DNA of 64,000 bases, from NCBI RefSeq assembly GCF_022539665.2, contig NC_081331.1, positions 11,036,001-11,100,000 on the forward strand, given 5' to 3'. The notes under the pieces were generated by a model. It saw only the letters and a list, made by a program, of their open reading frames with translations, ran no database searches and was not told the DNA's origin. The DNA is from Daphnia carinata (lineage: Eukaryota). The position numbers and the translations under genes were made by a program. Each line of letters starts with the position of its first letter. Position 1 is the stretch's first letter. Shown in pieces: positions 55,101 through 64,000 of this stretch.

Positions 55101-58100
55101 ACGTGAGAACACGCCTTGCTAGAAAATGACAAAATCAAGAATTTTTAAAAATTTGTGTTGTTTATTTAATTTTCTTACATCAAATTTGATTTTAGCATAG
55201 TCTTTTTTTCTAATTCAAAGCTCACAATAGAATAACTTTTTTAATATCTGCATTTTGCCATTTTCTGTAATAAGGCCGGAAAAGTAGTTGCTTGTAAGCT
55301 TCAAATTCACGAGAATAGTGCACAAGCTTGAAAAAGTGTCGAACGTAATGGATTTTGCATTACACGCAGTTGTGTGATAATAGTATTAACTGCTGTACAT
55401 CATCACGACAACAAGAGCTATCGATCTAAACCTTGTATAGCAACATCCAGTCGAAACCTGCACACCCGGTTTTTAACACATAATCATAAAGCTGTCTTGC
55501 GCACATCACTTGAGATAAGAGCCAAGAAAAGTATTAGTTTCTTGTATATAAAGTTGAACGTTATATAACTTCATACAAGTGTAGATCGTCTTCTTTCGCA
55601 TTAAAGAAAATGCAATCTACCTGTATGGGATAAAGTTTGGACGTCAGTCCATGAAAGATTTCACTGCAATATGCCTAAAAAAATGGGAAATCGTGACGTC
55701 AATAATGTCTGATTGTCAAGCACCTGACTTTTCCTATAGCGCTTCACCGTCTGAGACATATGTTCTACTCTCTCGTGAAATGTTTACATAAAAAAAAATT
55801 CGGCTAGTTTTGTTTGCAGAGCAAAACAGATATTTATCTTTGGATGTTAGACAAGCTTATGACACTAATGTACAATACAGGTGAAAGAAACAGACTGTTG
55901 CTAGGCGAATCAAAGTGTATCTATCCACAAACACGAAAAAAAAAATCTGTGAGTGGATGAATATATTTTAGGTTTGCAAAGCTGTACCTGATGAGAAACG
56001 TGGCATTCATGTATACCTAGCTATAATAAATTCCGTAGAGCACGGAATTGTGATCAAACGAATTGACAGCGTATATTGATAATTTCCTATAGAGATCAAA
56101 GAACATAAATGTGTACAAGCAGCTCTGAATTACACAGGAATCTATTCTCAAAAGAAAGGAAATTGTGAGATTTTGCATCATAATTTTTAAAATGCTCCAA
56201 AGATTTTTCAAGTATATTGTCTTGCCAATGGCCAAAATATTGAGAAAGACTTTCGGAGTGGCACATAAGTAGGAAAATTTGAGTTCGATAGGTAGGCAAA
56301 ATATTGGTATGAGTAAACTGATAACGTATCTACCACTTTTAGTATGACGAATGGTTGCTAGGATATTTACGTTACGTAAAGTCCGTATAGGGCTATTCAA
56401 CAAGGTCTACAAGTGCGTTTCTAACATAATCTCAATCATAAATCAAAAGCACACGGGATTAGTGCGATAAGACGAATGGGTATCTCACGTATACCGTTAC
56501 CAACCCTAATAAACTGAAACTACAATTACAGATTATAAAATTTGTTTACAACTTGATGCATTTTAATTTTTGACATTCGCTCAAGCCACGTGTTTCGGCT
56601 TATGTTAGGTCTACCCATTGAATTTTGTTCGTCCTTGAACACGTACCGAAATTCGAAATGTCGATTTACATATTTTGTTCACTAACCTTTAAAAAACAAA
56701 AATGTTGACTTTTTTTGCCTTGAACAACCTTGGATTTTGTAGGGAAGGGAGCAATTTACCCTAAAATTCCAAGGCTAAATTTTCTCACCCATCCCCCGAA
56801 TTCAAATTGTTTTGCAGAACCTCCCTCATGGGAATTACAAAAGTAATGGCCGCCATTGTGTACTAGTTTTTTTTTCTACAGAAAGATTCGAAAAATGTAA
56901 CATCATCTGTGATTGGTTGACTAGATTTTTTTTGTTCCTTTCAATTTGGTAAAGTTTAATAATTATTAGTGATTCAATAGTTGATTGTCAGTTCAGACTT
57001 AAAAGTTCGGTTCCCGCCACGTCCGCATTTTTTTTTTTGCAAATGCTTTATTTTTCAAGCGAGGCTTTTCATTGGAATACTCTTAGGAGCTGAGACAACG
57101 ATTAATGCATGCTTTCTTTTCTTTCTATTGAAAAATTTGTCGCCATTGTGATTTTTCAAAAACCATAAACTGCTGTCTGTCGAGAGATTAAGACGAAAAG
57201 AAAGATTGATTAGAAGCTATATTTTTTTTCTCTTTTAATTTGAACATGTAATGGGGATATTGATCGTTGGCTTGCCAGACGTGTCCTTCTAGAACACTTA
57301 CACCTACGAGATATACGTCTCAATCGAAAAAACTCGTGTGGTGATGAAAGATGTGAGTGTCGACACTATGTAGGGGAAAAAGTTCGCTTTCAAGTGGGGC
57401 AAAGTGGATGATATATTCTTTCAACAATCACGTTCTACACTTGCGCATCGGCATATTTTTTGGTGAGTCAATTACACTCTAAAATACCTCATTTCGCACG
57501 TACTAGATTTTTGACAAAAATGTGTTGGACAGTCATTAAAATTTACGCAATATTCATGATTTATGATATTTGTCGTCGACAAACTATAAAGAAAAGCAAC
57601 TTGCAATTCAAATGCCTTTTCATCCTTTGCTGGAATTAATTAGCTCCTCTCGTAACATAGAACTTTCATTACGTTTAGAAAAGGAAAATTTCCTGTTTGA
57701 AGCAAGTTGCTCTTCTACAAATATGACTCATTTCCTTCCTATTCAACTCTTTTGAAGTTCGGTATCTATGTCAATCGGCGGAGATCATTATCGCTGGTGA
57801 TTAGTTTGAGGTGAAAGAAGACGATTGCAATGATTAAAAATGCATGTGTTTAATAAGAACATGTGGGTTATTTAAGAACAGGCTTACGTATAACGAACGA
57901 TGTATAATTCAAAAACCTTATCACTAAAATAACTACTAATCTCAAAAGTGTTGGTCCTGTATATGTGAACATTTGCTTAAATGGAGAGGGGTTTACGTGG
58001 GTGTGCCCAGGATTTAGCTTCGGGAGGAATCCATCAGCGTGACCATTATTGTCCGCATAATATATATATTGCCTACAAGGGCTGTTTCTTCGTTCGTGTC

Positions 58101-59753
58101 CAAACTTGAGCCAAGAAAATAAAATAATGGTCGTGTAAGAAAAAGGGAGACTTATATGGACGGAAGGTAGTGACTATGTACTACGGCCTTTTCCTTTTAA
58201 AGGAGACTCTACGCGTCAGAAATACTGAAATGGCTTTTGGCTTCGTTCCAGTCGAATTCCGTTATTTTTATATTTGATTCTAAATAAAGGATATGGAATT
58301 ATGCATATCTTGCCGTCAGACATTGGAAACCCTTCAGGCATTTGGAATTAAGAAAATGACCGAGGTAACTGGGAACGTTTTTTTTTTATATTCAGTGTCG
58401 TAAATTATAATATTAAAAAATCTTGCATTGTTACGTTGTTCCGGTTCGTATCTAATTAGTCGCCTACCTCCTCCTACACAGAAATCTTTCCATTCAGCCA
58501 ATTAGAAGATAGAAAAAAGAAAGTTTTTCTATGTAAGTTTCATTTGGATACACATAGATACCCTGTTGCACAACCTAAAAGTTTGCTGCCAATAAGCATG
58601 CCAGAAGATGAAAAGGCTTAACGTGAAAGCCCATGAAAAATGTTTGATGTTTTTCTCGTACCTTTTCTGCCATTAGCGAATGATGTGACTTAACAGAGAA
58701 GCTCACATCATCATTTAGAGTCAGCTACACAAAGGACTTTGTTTGCTGTACAGAGACTGGAAATATCGTTCGTGTGGGCGCCTCGGGATGAGAGTCGTTG
58801 ATTAAATGCAGACGGGCATAAAAGACATGCCAGTACATACGAGACTGCACTATTTTCCAGCATTTCATTTCTCGTTTTCCGATTTTCTCATCGGCGCTAG
58901 GAGTTGCCTTATTTGATCAAAAAGTCACTATTGTCATATTCAAAGTTTTACGAATTGTAGCAAATGACAAAGTCATGGCAACGCCTTGCTGTGCATATGT
59001 AATATTAAAAACGAACGGCAAGTCACAAACTTTAGCTAGAGCAAGTTATTGATTTTTTTTCTCGCGTGCCTCCGTGTCAGCAGAGTTCAATCCACTCGTC
59101 TTGGCACGCAGTTCAATCCCGCGTAGGCACCGATTCAAAAGTTTCTCAAATGAAGTGGATATTATGAGCCATTTTTTGGGCACGAACGCCGACGCAGAAC
59201 TATTGATGTCGCGTTTGTCTTAATGTGCATGATTATTCAAATGCCCTTTGGTACGCATTTAGCATAAGGCGAATTAAAGCAATTTCTAATTGAATTTGAG
59301 ATGATCTTTGGTCATTGTGGTAACGAAGTTCGTGATCAACAAAAAAAAAATGATTTAGAATGGCGTTGAAGTGACAGCTGGTGGTGTACAACAGAAACGC
59401 TTCTTAAAAATAGGGGATGCATAGTAAAAATGCGTGACGTAATCGGTTTTGGTGCTATCTTTATCACGTAGTTTTTATTTGCGTGAAAAATGTTGAATAC
59501 TTGGAAAACGGTCAATGGGATCTGTCAAACGTGAAATACGATTTGTTTAGGGTTTCCACGAATGGATCCGTAAAAAAAGACAAACATTTCCTAAAAATGT
59601 CTATTAGAAAATAGTATAGAGGCGCATTAAATGTTACAATCTATTTTCATTCCCATTTATTTATTTAAAAAAGAAAGGTTAGACAATCGTCTCATAATCG
59701 TCACAGCAGCTGATTTGATTGGTCCATAGTGTATTATTAACTCTTTTTTATTT

Positions 59754-59776
59754 ACACACACACACACACACACACA
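59754..59776. repeat. (AC)n microsatellite
   Basis: Read directly from the sequence. Confidence 0.9.
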
Positions 59777-61949
59777 CGGAACAATTGCGCTCAATTGCGC
59801 CGAGTCTTGTACTCGCCCATTATTATGTGACGAAGCTCCCCCGTTTGGAGTAGCATTGGCAATGATGTATCCTATATGATCACGAGAAACAAAAAAAAAG
59901 TCATCAATTTGTTACAAACAAAAGCGATGGACGCCCAGCATCCAATTGGTTCCATCTCGTCATGGATCTCCCCTTTGCTCTTAATGCCACAACTTACTCA
60001 ACTTCATGACCGTTTTCTTTTTTCTTTTTTTTTTCAATTTCCCCTCTTTTATTTTGTAAGGGAACGACGCACTTCGGTGAACCCATTTGGCACACGGTGA
60101 GCCCAGCGATATGGCCTCATCATTTGCGATAAAAATCCTTATTTCAGGCAATCGTCCAACAGAAATACGATAGGCCCGTTTGCATCCATTTTGCTTTCCT
60201 TTTGAATACTAGAAATGTTTATTTTAGGGAAAACAACGTATATAAGAATTAAGATTGAAATGGATCCCCCAGGTGCAGTATCTTTTGGAATGAACAATTA
60301 CCGCAGTATTGCTATTTATATCAAGAGCTTTCTTTTAAATTTTATGAAAAAAAAAAGTATAACGTAGGCACTAAGACATTTTTACAATGTTGCCTTCTTA
60401 CGAAAAAAAATGATTTCTATACAATGTACAGTAGGAGGAAATGGATTACCCCGTTAAATATAATAGCTCCTGCGTGAAAGGTTATTGACGTTTCCGTGGT
60501 CATTTTTTTTACTCTAAAAGGTAAACGAAAATGCCCTTGCTGATGAAATCATAATAAGCTTATAGAACAAGCTTCCTTATACCTTCTTTGCCTATTTTTC
60601 ACCGTTAAAAATAGAAAGATGGATTATCAAGAATTCTGTCGGACATGGTTGAAAGAAGAGGAGCTGGGCGTCTTCTCATTTGACGTGTCACAGGGAAAAG
60701 TCGAGAGACATTGATAAGAAAACATCAGCAAAGCCACACCTTACCACTTGTTTTTTCCCTCTCACCGTGAGGACCTCTACCCCTCTTCGCCCTTACTAGA
60801 AATAACACAAACATAAACTTTTCGTTTTCGCTACAGGACGTCATTATAAGAAATGTTCCCTCTTTTTTTCCTAGTTAGTGTGTCTTCTTCTCAGCGCAGT
60901 ATCTAATCAATTTAGCAATTATATATGTACACCGCCTGCACGCTGTCCGCAAGTTTCTAATATTAAATATCCAATATGTATACACACACACAATGCACAA
61001 ACAAATTGCTAGCGGCAGCCGGGGCTCGACTTGATAATTGAATTTTCGATGGTCGGATATATCGGGCGCGATCAAAACTTGAAGTTTAGATAAGAGAGAA
61101 GCTATGCCCACATGGTGAAGAGTTCCTGCAGGAGCATTAAAAATAAAAATAGAGCTACTCCTTTATAGAAAGAAAAAACATATATCGTTGATATCTTTTT
61201 CTCAAGATTTTTTTTTGCGTTTAACCGTATGCCGACTCAAAATTTCATGTTTACATAAGATCACGTGACTTTGTTGGAAAAATAAATAAAATATTTTACT
61301 AGTGAGTCATCGAAAAAGGCGCCATTTTTAAAAGAATGCAAAAGATCGTAAAACTTATGTTAAACAAATTCCGTGTTAGTGACGAAGCTCTCGTTTCCTT
61401 CTTTCGATTGGATATTAATGTCCACTCGTTTGTGAGATATTTTAGCATGTTTAGGATCTTCAAGTCACGTGGAGACACGCCCAGGATAAAAATAGAGAGA
61501 TAAAAACTTGTTGGAAAACTACCCTACAAAAGGGGCAGGGAAAGTTCTTTGACTTTTGTTGGCTCCGTTCAATCCTCTTTAAAAAAAAAATAGAAGGATT
61601 CCTCGCAAAGATTTATTGTCCAGCTTGTATTCTGTATTGTTGTAAGCTCATGTAAAATGCGCCATAAAAGGAATGACTTTGTCGGGAAAGCTTGGGAGAA
61701 ACTGTGCAACCCCAAAAGCTCGTTTATTGTTTATCAACTTTTAATGCATGCATTGTTTCGTCCTACTGTTATATATAGGGGAATGACGGGTAATAAAAAA
61801 TGCCAATTTTAGTCTTTTATTGCTTGTGGTCTGCGTCATTGACTGCGACGTAGTGATTTCCATTGCAGGCATAATATCGAACGCAAAATTCGGGAATTTT
61901 TTCGTGCGACGCGACGTCCCTGCCATCTGTAATCAAGCACTAAATAAAA

Positions 61950-61962
61950 TGCCATCTAGTGG
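61950..61962 (-). promoter_or_regulatory. CTCF-like motif at the TDRD3 promoter
   Basis: The reverse complement CCACTAGATGGCA matches the core CTCF consensus. Confidence 0.45.
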
Positions 61963-62145
61963 AATCTGCTGGAGTTATGCTGTTATATTTTCAAGAAGTC
62001 AAGTCTGCTCTCTGTCGCAGGAATTCATTTAGGGATAAATCCTGAAGTACCAAGAATATTAATAAGGTAGACTCCTGGTAATAAAAAAAAGGGCTTCCCG
62101 TTTAATTTATATCAGCACCTCTCGTTTTCATGAACTAATATTGCT

Positions 62146-64000
62146 ATGGAAGAGGCAATCGTTTCTTTGAAAAAGAATGGTTGGTATGTCAAGTAACGTG
62201 TTCGAAATCCTACTATTAAAATGTGAGATTAATTTTTTTTTTCGGTTTGCAAAGGCATGTTTCCTTAGAGAAAATTAAAACGCAATTCAGTTATTACGAA
62301 TCAGAAAGCAGCGGGGAAAAACGTTTTCTAAGAGACCCAGAGGCATGTATTGATGAAAAATTTATGAGTTTCCCTAGCATAATACAAAACTTTATTTACA
62401 GAAATGGCTACTTGATGAAGACTTAAAAAATATAGCAATTTCAGTTTTGCCAGATGGAATCAATTCTGGTAAAATTACCCAGGTGATAATTAACTTTACA
62501 GTGTAGATTACAATGTAAAACTAATTTTTGCCAACTTTCTCTCTCACTTTCAGATTTCAACACCAATTGTTTTGCAAATAAAGAATGTTACAATTATTTC
62601 TGCCCCCAAGCAAAATGTTGATTCTGAGGCAGCTCCTCGCATGTTAAAAATTGCCCTAAGTGATGGGAAAACTATTTGTCATGGTGTAGAGTTTGAACAC
62701 ATCCCCAAAATAAGGTTATACGATTATAACTTAATTCCCAATAGAAAATTATAACAAATCTTTTTATGGCTGTTTTTACAGTTTAGTAACACCTCCTGGA
62801 TCAAAAATCCGGCTAATAAAAGATGTCAAACTCTGGAACGGGTTCATCCTTCTTGATGCCAAAAATTTCCATTATATAGGTGGGGAAGTGCCTGACTTAA
62901 TTGAAGAGTGGAAAGTCCAGCAGGTAATTGAAAACATAAATTTTAGGTCTAAATGAAACTGGACCAACATTAATACTTTCATTTCTAAATTGGATTGCAG
63001 TTGCTACTTGGCCACGTTAGGTCACAAGACCAAGATGGTCCACCTCCTTGGGTTCCTTTCGGTCGCAGAATTCAACCTCTCAACATCCTTGATGGCCAAG
63101 ACAAAAAGACATTAGAGGAAAAGGAAAAAGTCGTCAAAGATGAAGAGTTTCTTAGCCAGAGGCAGGACGCTATTGCGGCTGCAGCTGACGCCAGCGGTGT
63201 AACAAAAGTGATCAAGGGTTCTGGACGCCAAGTAATTCCACTGTTACACGCAAATCGTGTTTTGCTCTATTCATTATTACAATTTGTTTCTTTTATTCCT
63301 CTTAGCTGGAAATGCAACAAGTTGAGAGAAGAGGTCGTGGCCGAGAGCGTCGTGAGAGAACATCTTACCGAGATGATGAACGTTCTGCGAAAGCCCCAGA
63401 TTCGATCCGCCTTTTTGAATTTTTGCAACCGCAAATTAGTGAAAAGCCAAAAGAGGAAGATAATGCAGACTATCCTGATCAAGATGATTATGATGGAGAG
63501 GAACAAGAAGACCGACCCAGTTGGGAACGTGACAATGTGTACCGCCGTCCTGATCACGGGAGATCTGGAGGAGAGCAATCGTATACTCGAGGAAGAGGAT
63601 CATTTCAAGATCGCAATGATAGCAATGGCAGAGGACGCAGAGGATCTCATCGTGTACGAGGGGGCTCCTATCATGATGATTCATCGTATCAAGACAGAAG
63701 AGGAGCATATCGTGGAAGAGGAAGATCCAATCAAGACGATTCGTATAGAGGCAGTGGAGAATCCCGCCGTGATCGAGACTCACATCAAGATAGAGACTGG
63801 AGAGGAGTCTCGGCAGGAACAAGTTCTCGAGGTCGAGGAAGCTCTAACTTTGATCAAGAACAATCTTACCGTGGCAGAGGACAGTCGTACCGGGATAACA
63901 GGGGCTACTCTCGAAGAGGAAGAGGATCTCATCGAGATATCGAAGATTCGTATTCAAATCACAGAAGCTCCAATAGGGATCACTATCCTTCCAGCAGAAG
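62146..64000 (+). CDS. TDRD3: Tudor domain-containing protein 3 (RMI1-like OB fold, RG-rich region); exons 62146-62183, 62255-62342, 62402-62482, 62554-62714, 62782-62923, 63001-63231, 63306->64000; 3' incomplete
   Basis: Spliced translation gives LPDGINSGKITQISTPIVLQIKNVTIISAPKQNVDSEAAPRMLKIALSDG...ISLVTPPGSKIRL...GGEVPDLIEEW...GPPPWVPFG...RLFEFL followed by RGRG repeats. This matches TDRD3 N-terminal motifs. The Tudor domain is not inside the window. Confidence 0.88.

Noticed and set aside
63267..63822. Minus-strand ORFs of 103 and 128 aa
   Set aside because: They are antisense to the RG-rich TDRD3 exon.

Overview
Eukaryotic, intron-dense arthropod DNA with many short (about 55-90 nt) GT-AG introns and poly-A/T tracts. 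The gene content, including a tandem HR97-type nuclear receptor pair, points to a cladoceran such as Daphnia (inference). Four loci are supported. (1) A minus-strand neurobeachin/rugose (NBEA/LRBA family) gene with about 40 traceable coding exons, from ATG 31305 to beyond position 1. (2) A two-exon mab-21 gene nested antisense in the 16.2-kb neurobeachin intron (6243-22422) that splits the PH domain. (3) Two tandem plus-strand NR1-type nuclear receptors with a CDSCKA P-box and long C-terminal tails (37524-39815 and 49869-52105). (4) The 5' part of TDRD3 (62146 to window end). The best new lead is a candidate internal first exon in a neurobeachin intron encoding MGCISS..., which splices in frame onto the BEACH domain and would give a lipid-anchored short isoform. 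Other leads are conserved tail motifs and an apparently missing AF-2 in the receptors, two GC-AG introns, CTCF-like sites at locus boundaries, and a 9.8-kb stretch without recognisable coding sequence that carries candidate structured RNAs. All exon boundaries were read manually and no database searches were run.
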